Shown here piece after piece: positions 15,650-24,901 of a DNA stretch of 30,499 nucleotides; position 1 is the stretch's first letter, and every line of letters begins with the position of its first letter. The notes below the pieces were generated by a model, which saw nothing but the letters and a program-made list of their open reading frames with translations, made no database searches and was not told where the DNA came from. A program made the position numbers and the translations under genes. Origin of the DNA: Candidatus Bathyarchaeota archaeon (GTDB lineage: Archaea; Thermoproteota; Bathyarchaeia; TCS64); contig JBDRQD010000068.1 in NCBI GenBank assembly GCA_043826455.1, forward strand, positions 1 through 30,499, given 5' to 3'.

Positions 15650-16285
15650 TTACTCTGCCAGGCTTGTCTCCACCCGTTCGACGCCTCGGCCCGGGTTCTT
15701 TCTCTTAAGCTTGATTGCCCCGATCTCACTGGTGTTCCTGACGTGGGTTCCGGCGCAGTGCATCTCCACTGGGCCGCACACCCAGTTCCGGATGCCGCCC
15801 TCGTCCACGGTGATGGTTACGGGGTGGCCCTCGGCCAAGAACACGTTGGTATCCTCCTCCGCCTTCTTCAACTTCACAGGGTCCAGCCTCTCCTCGTACA
15901 GGTAGTCGGCCCTGTCCTTCTTGTCATCCACGAAGCTGCCCGTCCTCTCCGCGTAGCCCAGGTGCCTCCACAGATAGAACTCCATGATGTGGCTGGCCGT
16001 GTGAAGCTTCATGATCTTGTACCTCCTCTCCCAGTCCACGACCCCGTGGACCACGTCTCCCGGCTTGAGGCTCGCGGGCGACTCCACCACATGCAGTATA
16101 ACGTCGCCGTCGAACCGTGTGTCCACGACCTTGAACCCGTTCAGAAAGCCCGTGTCCCCCGCCTGGCCTCCGGCCTCCGCGTAGAAGGCGGTCCGGTCAA
16201 GCTCCACTCCCTCATCCCTGACGCTAACCACCTTGGCGTCGAACTCCCTCAGGTAGTGGTCTCCGTTGAACAGCTTGACCGCCAT
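15650..16285 (-). CDS. alaX: Alanyl-tRNA editing protein AlaX (AlaX-M type)
   Basis: FYAEAGGQAGDTG, HTASH (HxxxH), HCAGTH (CxxxH). Confidence 0.93.
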   Translation of the reverse strand: MAVKLFNGDHYLREFDAKVVSVRDEGVELDRTAFYAEAGGQAGDTGFLNGFKVVDTRFDGDVILHVVESPASLKPGDVVHGVVDWERRYKIMKLHTASHIMEFYLWRHLGYAERTGSFVDDKKDRADYLYEERLDPVKLKKAEEDTNVFLAEGHPVTITVDEGGIRNWVCGPVEMHCAGTHVRNTSEIGAIKLKRKNPGRGVERVETSLAE

Positions 16286-16443
16286 GGGTTAAGGGGAGGC
16301 TGTGCACGAAAAAAGCCTTGTGACCCAGAACTTGATATCAGTATAAGAAAAAAGCTGCCTCATTCAACCAATTATTAAAAATTAGCCAAATGCAACTCGA
16401 AAAAATCACACATTCTTCCATGCAGCTGTCAGAAAAGAAGGGG

Positions 16444-17856
16444 TTAGCCGAGGGCGCCCCGTAGGAACGGGTACAGGTCCTCGACCTGCTCCTGCACCAT
16501 GGTCTGGTAGTACTGATACAGTATGCTCACCGCCAGCAAGGCGCCCATGCCCGACCCGAAGACCCCGAAGAACTCGCTGATCGAGGCCAGGAGCCCCACG
16601 ATCATGCCGCCTATGATGGTGATGGTGGGTATGTACCTGTTGAGCAGCTTCTCCAGGGGCTTCTTGCTGCGCCTGAACCCGGCCACCTGCATCCCCGACT
16701 GGAGCAGCTGCTCGGCCATCTGGTCGGCCCCCAGCCCACCGATCTCCAGCCAAGTGGCGCTGAAGAGGATACAGAAGCCCACCACTATCAGCAGGTACAG
16801 GATCGCCCTTACGGGGTCCGCGGCCACTCCGCCGAGGCTTCCAGGCGAACTTGTGTAGTAGGCTAGCCCACCTATGGCGTTCACCCCTCCCGACTCTGTG
16901 CGGTTGAACATTCCGAACATGTTGAAGACGAAGTTAGTGTTGTCCACGTTCCACCTGCTCCAGATGAACTGGCCTATGAGCTGGACGTTGGCGAACATGG
17001 CGTAGGCCAGGATGACGGGTATGTTGCTGACGTAAAGCAGCTTAATGGGCATCCTGCTCCTGTAGCCACGGTAGCTGCTGTGGCTGATGGGTATCTCCAC
17101 CCTCATGCCCTCCACGTACACCACGAAGGCGAAGACCACCAGGGTCATGAAGAACCCTATCATATCCGGCCACCCCGACCTGTAAAGCCAGTCCAGGGGC
17201 GGCAGCCCGCTCATTATGCCCTGGAAGAAGGCCACCAACGCACCATAGCTGCGCCCGTCCCCCATGGGGCCGGAGAAGCTGAGGCTCATCCACCAGATGT
17301 TCTGGGTGATCCCTGCGACGATGAAGAGGCTTATGCCGCTGCCTATGCCCCACCCCTTCTGGACCAGCTCGTCCAGCATCATTATGACTAGGCCCGCCGC
17401 TAGCAGCTGAGCGAAAATGAGTACGGACTGGGTGGTGGATATGCTCCCGTAGACCCCGCTGACTATGTACAGGCTCGCCTGAACTACCACCATGACGAAG
17501 CTGAAGACCTTGCTCGCCGTGGTGAAGAGGCCCCTGTCATCGGGGTCAGACCTATCGAAACTAATGATGTCCGAGCCGGCCAGGAGCTGGATGATGAGGC
17601 CCGCGGTCACAATGGGGCCGATGCCCAGCTCCATCAGGGTTCCCCTGTTGGACGCGAAGATGATCCTCAGAGTCGCGTAGGGGTCCGACCCGCCCGTGAT
17701 GACCCCGTAGAGCGGTATCTCCGACATAATTAAATAGACGATGAGGGCCGCCAGGGTCCACATGAGGCGGGTGTTGAAGGACACCTTCTTCGTGGGCGCC
17801 CTAACCTCCGGTATGAAACGTGACACCGGTTTGAACAGGTCCAGGAAGCGAACCAA
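16444..17856 (-). CDS. secY: Preprotein translocase subunit SecY (Sec61alpha)
   Basis: GTLMELGIGPIVTAG, GWGIGSGISLFI, PIKLLYVSNIPVIL, GSGMGALL; last gene of the spc-type cluster. Confidence 0.97.
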   Translation of the reverse strand: MVRFLDLFKPVSRFIPEVRAPTKKVSFNTRLMWTLAALIVYLIMSEIPLYGVITGGSDPYATLRIIFASNRGTLMELGIGPIVTAGLIIQLLAGSDIISFDRSDPDDRGLFTTASKVFSFVMVVVQASLYIVSGVYGSISTTQSVLIFAQLLAAGLVIMMLDELVQKGWGIGSGISLFIVAGITQNIWWMSLSFSGPMGDGRSYGALVAFFQGIMSGLPPLDWLYRSGWPDMIGFFMTLVVFAFVVYVEGMRVEIPISHSSYRGYRSRMPIKLLYVSNIPVILAYAMFANVQLIGQFIWSRWNVDNTNFVFNMFGMFNRTESGGVNAIGGLAYYTSSPGSLGGVAADPVRAILYLLIVVGFCILFSATWLEIGGLGADQMAEQLLQSGMQVAGFRRSKKPLEKLLNRYIPTITIIGGMIVGLLASISEFFGVFGSGMGALLAVSILYQYYQTMVQEQVEDLYPFLRGALG

Positions 17857-17867
17857 GGCTGTCCCCT

Positions 17868-18296
17868 CTACGGCTCTACTATGGAGCCGCCGGCTTCTTC
17901 TATCTTTTCCTTTGCGCCTGACGTGGCGTAGGCTACCTTGACCTTCAGAGGCACAGAGATGCTTCCTCTTCCTAGGAGCTTGCCGATGCCGAGGGCCGTC
18001 AGATCCAGCTCGTTGCCACCCTTGACGCCGTAGTCGCCGATGACCTTCACGGCCAGGTCCTCCAGCTCACCCACGTTTACGGTGGCTGGTTTGGGCTCTA
18101 GCGCTGAAGGCGGCAGGAAACCTGTCTTGTGGAACCTCCACGGCTCGTACTTGACGGTCCTGATCCAGAAGTGCTTGTGCCCCCCGGCGTTGCCCTTTCC
18201 TCCGCGGCTGCCGCTCTTTCTGTGCTGGCCTACCTGGCCGAATCCCATGTACCTGCTTCCGCGCTGCCTCCGAACCTTCCTTAACTTGTGGGGCAT
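17868..18296 (-). CDS. rpl15: 50S ribosomal protein uL15
   Basis: RRQRGSRYMGFG...HRKSGSRGGKGNAG, KLLGRG, AKEKIEEAGG; start at MPHKL. Confidence 0.95.
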   Translation of the reverse strand: MPHKLRKVRRQRGSRYMGFGQVGQHRKSGSRGGKGNAGGHKHFWIRTVKYEPWRFHKTGFLPPSALEPKPATVNVGELEDLAVKVIGDYGVKGGNELDLTALGIGKLLGRGSISVPLKVKVAYATSGAKEKIEEAGGSIVEP

Positions 18297-18298
18297 AT

Positions 18299-18766
18299 CT
18301 AGCACATCCTCCTAGCCAGTTCGTTTATGGCTTCACCCCTGTATCCCAGCTCGCCCTTGTTGTTGTAGGGTCGCTTAACGGATCTCCTGTACCCCTTCTT
18401 GGGGGGGTGCAGCCTGAAGAAGGGTTTAACACCCTCCAGTTTGTTGATATCCAACTCGCAGCTGTGGAGCTTCTCGGCCAGCTGGCCCAGGCCTTCGTAT
18501 CCCAGGCCCTTCACGTACTCGTCCGTGAGATTCACGCCGCCGGGCGCCTCTCCCCGCGTCTCCAGCATGATCCTGATGGTCTCCACATCCGGCTCACCCC
18601 AGGTCATGTAGTCCTTGGCCTTCTGAAGCATCCCCTGATAGTCGTGCCTGTCGTCCAGTAAGGTGGCGTAGTTGTTCCTGTCGATTCTCAGCATCCGGAG
18701 CGTGTCCTCCACCCTCTTGGGACAGTTCACGCCGCCGCGTATGCGTATCGCTAATATGCTCTTCAT
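18299..18766 (-). CDS. rpl30: 50S ribosomal protein uL30 (archaeal long form)
   Basis: AIRIRG, TLRMLR, GMLQKAKDYMTWGE, FRLHPPKKG, GELGYRG. Confidence 0.95.
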   Translation of the reverse strand: MKSILAIRIRGGVNCPKRVEDTLRMLRIDRNNYATLLDDRHDYQGMLQKAKDYMTWGEPDVETIRIMLETRGEAPGGVNLTDEYVKGLGYEGLGQLAEKLHSCELDINKLEGVKPFFRLHPPKKGYRRSVKRPYNNKGELGYRGEAINELARRMC

Positions 18767-18771
18767 CTAGA

Positions 18772-19407
18772 TCACGCCCAGTCCTGGGGAGTCATAATGC
18801 TCTGCGTCTGCTTCAGGGCCTCGAAGGTAGCGAAGGCGAAGCTCGTCCTGGTGGTGGTCTTGCCTATACACTTGCTCCAGCAGTCCTTGACGCCCGCGAG
18901 GCGTAACACCGCCTTGGCGGTGTCTCCGGCCACCAGCCCCAGACCTCTGGGCCCGGGTAGGAGGGTGACCACTACGCTGCCGGCCTTACCCTGCACCTTG
19001 AAGGGCAGTGTGTGGCCCTCGCCGCAGTCGCACTCCCAGCTGCCGCACCCCATCCGTACGGGTTGGAGGTTGAGCTTGGCCAGCCGTATGCCCTTCTCTA
19101 TGGCGTTCCTAACCCGCTGGGCTTTGCCCATGCCGACGCCTATGAGGCCGCTGCCGTTGCCCACGGCCACCAGGGCCGTGAACCTGCTCCACTCGCCTGC
19201 GTCTGTCTGCTTCTGGACGAGGTTGATGTGAATCACCTCGTCCTTGAGGTCCTGTACCAGGAGATCCACGATCTCCACTTCCTTGATCTTCAGTCCCTCT
19301 GCGAAGACCTCGTATATCGAGGATATCTGACCCTCGAAAACTCGTCTCCCCAGCTGGGTCTTGGGGACCCAGTTATCCAGAGGGCTCGAATCCCGTCTTC
19401 TACTCAA
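18772..19407 (-). CDS. rps5: 30S ribosomal protein uS5
   Basis: WVPKTQLG, VQKQTDAG, GCGSWEC, PGPRGLGLVAG. Confidence 0.96.
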   Translation of the reverse strand: MSRRRDSSPLDNWVPKTQLGRRVFEGQISSIYEVFAEGLKIKEVEIVDLLVQDLKDEVIHINLVQKQTDAGEWSRFTALVAVGNGSGLIGVGMGKAQRVRNAIEKGIRLAKLNLQPVRMGCGSWECDCGEGHTLPFKVQGKAGSVVVTLLPGPRGLGLVAGDTAKAVLRLAGVKDCWSKCIGKTTTRTSFAFATFEALKQTQSIMTPQDWA

Positions 19408-19987
19408 CGCTGTTCTCCTCTATGCGTGCTTTGACCTCCTCGAAGTGGGCGGGTAGCTCCTCCGGTCTCAGTCCACGACGGAGATAGACTGAGAACCGCT
19501 TCTCGTACTCGAGGGGGTCCTCCATCTGCTCAGCGTACTCGGCCACTGCGCCGCCGCTCACCCTCTCGGGTGAGGGTATTATGTCGCTGTCGCATGGAAT
19601 CTCTAGTCCGGCGTCCATGGCCCCCTTGGCCACGGCGAACACCTTGCTCCCCGGCGTGGCCCTCTTTAGGCCCATGTCCAGGTTGGCTCGCTCGACGCCT
19701 GCCTCAAGGGCCTTCCTGCCTGCCAGGTAGCCTACGAGGTAAGCTGCGGGTGTGTTCTTGCCGCTGGCCTTCCAGCCGAACCGCTTCAGGTCTCGGCTGG
19801 CTGCCTGGGCCACCACGTAGTCTCCCTCGATCTCCGCGTTGGTCACCTGGACCAGTACGCCCTTGTTTGATACCCTTACCACAATCCTGGGGACGCCAGT
19901 GGTGGCGAGGGCTCTCCGTGCAGCGTAGTCGGTCTTCTTCTCCCTTCTACGCCTGTACTGCACCCGGTATCTAGGTCCCTTAGCCAA
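19400..19987 (-). CDS. rpl18: 50S ribosomal protein uL18
   Basis: AKGPRYRV..RRRREKKTDY, NTPAAYLVG. Confidence 0.96.
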   Translation of the reverse strand: MAKGPRYRVQYRRRREKKTDYAARRALATTGVPRIVVRVSNKGVLVQVTNAEIEGDYVVAQAASRDLKRFGWKASGKNTPAAYLVGYLAGRKALEAGVERANLDMGLKRATPGSKVFAVAKGAMDAGLEIPCDSDIIPSPERVSGGAVAEYAEQMEDPLEYEKRFSVYLRRGLRPEELPAHFEEVKARIEENSVE

Positions 19988-20438
19988 AGGTACGCCTCCT
20001 TAGGTTCCTGTCGTTAATGTAACGCTCGAGCTCGGCAATACTCCTGAACTCGCCTCCCTTGGCCTTCCTGTACAGGCTCCGGTAGGTGCTCACAGCTATC
20101 ATCCGCCTCTCCCTCAGCTCCCTGAGCTTTCTCCTCTGGGCGCGTATCTTGTTCATCCACCGGGTCTTCCTGGGGATGACGCTGAAGATCTTGCCCTTCT
20201 TGGTTCCGGGCCCGATGCGTCTTCCCTTCTTCTTCTTCTCGGCTAAGGTGCGGGCTCTGCCCCGGCTCTGACCGATCTCCGGCAGAGCCTTGATTGCCTC
20301 ATCGTGGACGAGTTTCCTGATCTCCTCCCGGGTGATGGCCATGCTCACCTCGTCGGCCTTCTCCGGGTCGATCCAGACGCGGTTCACCCCGCATCCCATG
20401 ATCTCGGCCGCGAGCCTTCTCTGGCTTCTCAGGTTCAT
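19980..20438 (-). CDS. rpl19e: 50S ribosomal protein eL19
   Basis: NLRSQRRLAA, RVWIDP, AITREEIRKL, YRKAKGGEF. Confidence 0.96.
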   Translation of the reverse strand: MNLRSQRRLAAEIMGCGVNRVWIDPEKADEVSMAITREEIRKLVHDEAIKALPEIGQSRGRARTLAEKKKKGRRIGPGTKKGKIFSVIPRKTRWMNKIRAQRRKLRELRERRMIAVSTYRSLYRKAKGGEFRSIAELERYINDRNLRRRTFG

Positions 20439-20920
20439 TTCTCGTCCTCCTCCTCGGCTTCATCCTCGTCCTCAAGGGCCTCGAACTCCTCCAGGTTCTC
20501 GTCCTCGAGCTCCTCGAAGTCGTCCTCGGGCTTCTTGTATCCGGGGTTGAGGATACGGATGTTGAGCTCCTCCGCTTTCGCCCTTATGGCCTCTTTTTTC
20601 CGGCCTCCGACGGTTCCGCCGATCCTGGCCGCCTGGGTCTGGGGGTTGACGTTCTCCAGGTCAGCCGTGTTCCAGACCATAACCTCCTCCACACCGGAGG
20701 GGTGGAGGCCTCTGACCTCCGCCGGCCCTCTCCAGCCAACTGTCACGGACCTTGGCCAGCCCTTGAGGTTGAACCTCATCTTGTTGTCGATGCCCTGGGG
20801 TTTCCTCCAACTGTCCTTTACACTGACTAACCTCCAGGACTCGAAACGTTTGAAGTGGGGTCTACGTTTGTTTATTCTGCTCCTAACCTTCATCAGTCTT
20901 TTCTTTTGTGCGTCGCTCAC
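20435..20920 (-). CDS. rpl32e: 50S ribosomal protein eL32 with acidic C-terminal tail
   Basis: SWRKPQGIDNKMR, RGLHPSG, RILNP. Confidence 0.95.
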   Translation of the reverse strand: MSDAQKKRLMKVRSRINKRRPHFKRFESWRLVSVKDSWRKPQGIDNKMRFNLKGWPRSVTVGWRGPAEVRGLHPSGVEEVMVWNTADLENVNPQTQAARIGGTVGGRKKEAIRAKAEELNIRILNPGYKKPEDDFEELEDENLEEFEALEDEDEAEEEDEK

Positions 20921-20926
20921 CCGTCA

Positions 20927-21469
20927 TCACTCCTTCTTGTACACGTAGATGCCGTCAAGAAACTTGCGTAGGTCCTTGTTCCGTATCTTCGTGGATTCCT
21001 GTATGTTGGCGGCTGTCTGCCCCACCATCTCTATGTCGTTACCAGTGACGACTATGTCGTCTCCCTCGACGCTGACCTTGACACCTGGAAGTATGTTAGC
21101 GTAGCGAGGCTGCCTCTCACCCACGAAGTTGTTTATGGACACCATGTCCCCTCTGACTTGGATGTTCATGGGGAAGTGGATGAACACTATCTTCAGCTTG
21201 TAGGTGAAGCCCTCCGTCACGCCCGTGATCATGTTCTTCACGTGGCTGGTTATGGTGTTGACGAGGGCAGCCTGCTTCTTACGGGGGTTCTCCGCCCAAA
21301 CGCGGAGGACCCTGTCCCGGTAGTCCATGCGGAGCTTCGCGTGAGCGAAGTCTCGGACCACCTTCCCGTTGGTGCCTGTGACTGCGACCTTATGTCCATC
21401 TAGGGTCAGGTCTACGTCTTCAGGTACTGTCACATGATTCTCAACGATCTGTACAGTCACATCATTCAC
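20927..21469 (-). CDS. rpl6: 50S ribosomal protein uL6
   Basis: NMITGVTEGFTYKLK, HFPM, NFVGE, VGQTAANIQ, DLRKFLDGIYV; the start may be a few codons in. Confidence 0.96.
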   Translation of the reverse strand: MNDVTVQIVENHVTVPEDVDLTLDGHKVAVTGTNGKVVRDFAHAKLRMDYRDRVLRVWAENPRKKQAALVNTITSHVKNMITGVTEGFTYKLKIVFIHFPMNIQVRGDMVSINNFVGERQPRYANILPGVKVSVEGDDIVVTGNDIEMVGQTAANIQESTKIRNKDLRKFLDGIYVYKKE

Positions 21470-21472
21470 CTT

Positions 21473-21865
21473 TTAGTACACGTAGGCTAGGAGTACCCCG
21501 CCCACGTTCTCTTCTTTCGCCTGGTTGTGATCCATGACCCCGCTGGGGGTGCTGAGGATCACGGTTCCAAGGTTTCGGCTGGGCAGGAACCGCTTCTCCC
21601 ACTTCTCCATCTCGGAGACCCTGGTCTTGAAGCGGGGAGTGACCGCCTGGCACTCGTTTATCCTGCCGAACAGCTGGACCCTGAACTTGCCCTGTCGGCC
21701 ATCATCGATGAACTCTATCTCACCCACGTAGCCCTTGCTCTGGATGAGGCGGAGCACTCTACCCACGAGGCCTGAGGCCGGGGTTATGATGCACTCCGAC
21801 TTACGCCTATGCTCGTGAGCCAAGATGGTGTTCAGCGCATTCACAAGTGGATCCACAACATTCAC
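21473..21865 (-). CDS. rps8: 30S ribosomal protein uS8
   Basis: [40 protein letters not shown]; alternative GTG start at 21856. Confidence 0.96.
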   Translation of the reverse strand: MNVVDPLVNALNTILAHEHRRKSECIITPASGLVGRVLRLIQSKGYVGEIEFIDDGRQGKFRVQLFGRINECQAVTPRFKTRVSEMEKWEKRFLPSRNLGTVILSTPSGVMDHNQAKEENVGGVLLAYVY

Positions 21866-22026
21866 CTATATTTTTTAAATCCCATTTTGACCGCTACTTC
21901 GCGGAAGCACTGGCGGCACAGGTTGATGCCGTAGCGGCGGACAAGCCCCTGCTTGGTGCCGCACCTGGTGCACCCTCTGCTGCCTTTGCCGTAGTGCCTT
22001 TCCTTGCTCTGCTTCTGGATGCTCAT
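21862..22026 (-). CDS. rps14: 30S ribosomal protein uS14 (zinc-binding, 54 aa; not in the supplied ORF track)
   Basis: Manual translation [58 protein letters not shown] overlap with the rpl5 stop; canonical position between L5 and S8. Confidence 0.96.
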   Translation of the reverse strand: MSIQKQSKERHYGKGSRGCTRCGTKQGLVRRYGINLCRQCFREVAVKMGFKKYR

Positions 22027-22544
22027 TGATCGGTACCTACCTTTACCCCGAAGGTCTCCGAGATGAAGCTCATGGACTCATCGGGTGTTACTCTGTGGCC
22101 GCTGCCCACCTTCGCCTGGGCTCTCTTTCTCCTGTTGACGCTGTAGCCGGGCCTCTCCACGGTCACCATTACGTCCATGCCGGTGATCCCCAGCCTTGGA
22201 TCGTACCTAGTCCCTGGTATGTCTATGTGCTCTTTTATGCCGAAGGCGAAGTTGCCTTGCTTGTCGAAGCTCTTGGGGTTTATTGTCGCATCCACGGCCT
22301 TGAAGGCCTTCTCCAAGAAGACCTCCGCTTTGTCTCCTCTCAGGGTAACAATGCAGGCCATGGGCTCCTTCTTCCTCAGATTGAACTGTCTTATGGTCTG
22401 CTTGGCCACACGTTGGCAGGGCTGCTGACCGGTTATCTGCTGGAGTATGGTCATGGCGTTGTCAAGGGGTTCCCCGGAGGCGCCCACGGATATGTTGACG
22501 ACCACTTTGCCTATCCTCATCTCTCTCATTGCGTTATCTGTCAT
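22023..22544 (-). CDS. rpl5: 50S ribosomal protein uL5
   Basis: [38 protein letters not shown]. Confidence 0.96.
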   Translation of the reverse strand: MTDNAMREMRIGKVVVNISVGASGEPLDNAMTILQQITGQQPCQRVAKQTIRQFNLRKKEPMACIVTLRGDKAEVFLEKAFKAVDATINPKSFDKQGNFAFGIKEHIDIPGTRYDPRLGITGMDVMVTVERPGYSVNRRKRAQAKVGSGHRVTPDESMSFISETFGVKVGTDQ

Positions 22545-23281
22545 TGTTCTTCACCGGCGTTGAGGGTTATGAGAGGCTGCTTGGACCCCACCACGAACAC
22601 GTACCCGGCCAAGGTCCTGATGTCGTCTCCCTGGGGGGTCCTGATGGTGCAGATCTTCTTCCAGCCGGGCTCCGGGCCGAACCCGATGATCGTGCCCTGG
22701 GCGCCCTGGCTTCGGCCGCCCGTGATGATGCTCTGCTGCATCTCCTTGAACTCCACGTGGTCCAGGATCTCCTTCTCGGGGACCTTTAGCTTGATGACGT
22801 CGTTGACGCTGTAGCTGTCGGCCTCATACGCTATGATGAGGTTCTGGCCGTCGTGGAAGTTGAGCTGTGTTCTCTTTCCTGGCAGCGTAGATTTGCCAGT
22901 TATCCTGACCAGCTTGAACTTGGCCTCGTCCTCCGTGATGGGCTGGAACCTGAGCTTGCCGTTGTGGTCCGGGAGTACTCTGAAGTTCTCCTTGGAGTCT
23001 GGTATCGTGACCACATCCATGAGGCCCACGGGGAACTTTTCGTCCAGCCTGGGCTTGCCGTCGATGATCACCTTACCTTGCTTGACCAGGTACTTGGACT
23101 CCCTCGCTGTCTTCGCGTACTTGAGCTCGTCCCTGATGAGGACGTTCACCGGCATTGAGGTTCTGAGTGAGTGAGGCCCGGCCCTTGTCTTGGTGGCCCA
23201 AGTCCCTGACTTCCGGTGGATGGGCCAGAAGGCTGGGCTCTGATGTCTCTTCATGTGCTTGACTGGTCCTTTCTTACCCAA
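22541..23281 (-). CDS. rps4e: 30S ribosomal protein eS4
   Basis: KHMKRHQSPAFWPI, GPH, FPVGLMDV, QLNFHDG, ITGG, YVFVVG; TTG start at 23281 after GGAGG. Confidence 0.95.
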   Translation of the reverse strand: MGKKGPVKHMKRHQSPAFWPIHRKSGTWATKTRAGPHSLRTSMPVNVLIRDELKYAKTARESKYLVKQGKVIIDGKPRLDEKFPVGLMDVVTIPDSKENFRVLPDHNGKLRFQPITEDEAKFKLVRITGKSTLPGKRTQLNFHDGQNLIIAYEADSYSVNDVIKLKVPEKEILDHVEFKEMQQSIITGGRSQGAQGTIIGFGPEPGWKKICTIRTPQGDDIRTLAGYVFVVGSKQPLITLNAGEEQ

Positions 23282-23283
23282 TG

Positions 23284-23664
23284 CTACTCCTCCTCCGCGC
23301 TGAAGCTCTTTCGCTCCAACACCCTTCTCCTCCACTCGTCGTTGAGATTGAGTCGCGTGATCATGACGTTCTCCGGCCTGATGGGTAGCTGGACTGTGGA
23401 GCCGTCTTGCCTCGTCCGGGTGACCCCCTCCACGAATATTCTGGTGTTCTTGGTGTCAACCCTGAGAACCCGCCCTTCGGACAGCTTCCTGTCCCCCTTG
23501 GTGATGGACACCGTGTCGTCCTCCACCACGGGCATGGAGCGTGTACCGTGCTCGGCCCTCAGGTTGGGTGAGAGGGGCGCGGAAACATACTTCCTACGCC
23601 TATGAAGAGGGGCGTTGTACCTGCGCTTCCTAGATGTCGAGGGCTTAGTTACTCCTTCCTTCAC
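23284..23664 (-). CDS. rpl24: 50S ribosomal protein uL24
   Basis: YNAPLHRRRK..SAPLS, DTVSITKG, IFVEGV, ENVMITRL. Confidence 0.95.
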   Translation of the reverse strand: MKEGVTKPSTSRKRRYNAPLHRRRKYVSAPLSPNLRAEHGTRSMPVVEDDTVSITKGDRKLSEGRVLRVDTKNTRIFVEGVTRTRQDGSTVQLPIRPENVMITRLNLNDEWRRRVLERKSFSAEEE

Positions 23665-24084
23665 CTACACCACCATCCTGGACAAGTTGCCCAGCCTAGC
23701 CCACCTGTTCACGGCCTCCCTGGCCACGGGGCCCTTGATGTCTGATCCCCTCAGGTTACCCTCGGGGGTTAGGATGACCGCCGCGTTGTCCTCGAACTGG
23801 ATCCAGGAGCCGTCGCTCCTCCTGTAGAGCCTTCTCTGCCTGACGATCACTGCGTTGAAGAGCTGCCTCCTCATCTCGGGGGTGCCCTCCCTGCAGGATG
23901 CTATCACCAGGTCCCCAACACCGATTGGGGGGAGCCTTCTCCTCCGGCCCTTGTAGCCCAGCATCTGGATTATCCTGAGCTTCCTCGCCCCCGTGTTGTC
24001 GGTGCAGTTGATGACGCTCCCGATGGTGAGGCCACCGGCAACCTTGGTCCTTGGTAGAATCCTCCTCTTTATCCTCTTAGACAA
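23665..24084 (-). CDS. rpl14: 50S ribosomal protein uL14
   Basis: CTDNTGA, GVGD, AVIVRQR, FEDNAAV, GPVAREA. Confidence 0.96.
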   Translation of the reverse strand: MSKRIKRRILPRTKVAGGLTIGSVINCTDNTGARKLRIIQMLGYKGRRRRLPPIGVGDLVIASCREGTPEMRRQLFNAVIVRQRRLYRRSDGSWIQFEDNAAVILTPEGNLRGSDIKGPVAREAVNRWARLGNLSRMVV

Positions 24085-24088
24085 CCAT

Positions 24089-24403
24089 CTACGCCTCCTT
24101 CACCATCTCGACGACCACGAAGGACTTGGTCTTGCTGAGGGGCCTACACTCGGCGATCCTCACCAGGTCACCCACCTTTACTGGTAGGCAGGGCGTGCTG
24201 TGGGCTGTGATCTTGCTGCTCATCCTGGCGTACCGCTCATACTTCTTGTTGTACTTGGTGTACTCCAGTCTGACTACCACCGATTTCCGCATGCGGGTGC
24301 TGACCACCGTGCCCTCCAGCACGCGTCCTCTCACGGACAGGCTGCCGTGGAAGGGGCAGTCAGCTTCGTCGCACTCTCTTTCAGGCTTCTTAAGGGTCAT
24401 CAA
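24089..24403 (-). CDS. rps17: 30S ribosomal protein uS17
   Basis: CPFHGSLSVRG, KYERY, AECRPLSKTKSF. Confidence 0.96.
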   Translation of the reverse strand: MMTLKKPERECDEADCPFHGSLSVRGRVLEGTVVSTRMRKSVVVRLEYTKYNKKYERYARMSSKITAHSTPCLPVKVGDLVRIAECRPLSKTKSFVVVEMVKEA

Positions 24404-24415
24404 TTCAGGTCTCGC

Positions 24416-24697
24416 CTACCATCTCCGCTTAATCGTCTTTTTTACCCGGTCCTCGGGTCTACCCTGGAGGGCTGAGCCCTCCACTTTCACGGCTTCACAG
24501 TTGAGCTTGAATTTAAACACCGCGTTTTTCTTCGCTACGCGCTTGGCGCCGTCACTGTCGATGACGATGGTGTTCATGGTCTCGTCTATGATTACGCCCT
24601 TTATACACATGTTGGATGGGTTGCTGTCCTCCAGCACTTGACCCTCCAAGCCGATAAGTTCATGGTTAAGTATTTCATGAGCCTTGGGGACAGCCAT
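24416..24697 (-). CDS. rnp1: Ribonuclease P protein component 1 (Rpp29/Pop4)
   Basis: HELIGL, GVIIDETMNT, GRPEDRVK; canonical position between L29 and S17. Confidence 0.93.
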   Translation of the reverse strand: MAVPKAHEILNHELIGLEGQVLEDSNPSNMCIKGVIIDETMNTIVIDSDGAKRVAKKNAVFKFKLNCEAVKVEGSALQGRPEDRVKKTIKRRW

Positions 24698-24698
24698 A

Positions 24699-24899
24699 TC
24701 ACTGCTCCCCCTCGTTCATCACAGTCATTATCCGGGCTATAGTTCTCCTGAGAGCCCGTGCTCTTCCGGGGTTCTCCACCGCTCCCCCGGCCTTGATCAT
24801 GGTCTTCATCTTCGTGAGCTCCGTGGTGAGCTCCACGAGTTTCTCCTTCCTCTCCTCAGGGCTCATGTCCCGGATCTCCGCCATCCTAAGTATGGGCAA
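24699..24899 (-). CDS. rpl29: 50S ribosomal protein uL29
   Basis: ILRMAEIRDMS, ENPGRARALRRTIARIMT. Confidence 0.95.
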   Translation of the reverse strand: MPILRMAEIRDMSPEERKEKLVELTTELTKMKTMIKAGGAVENPGRARALRRTIARIMTVMNEGEQ

Positions 24900-24901
24900 G
24901 G

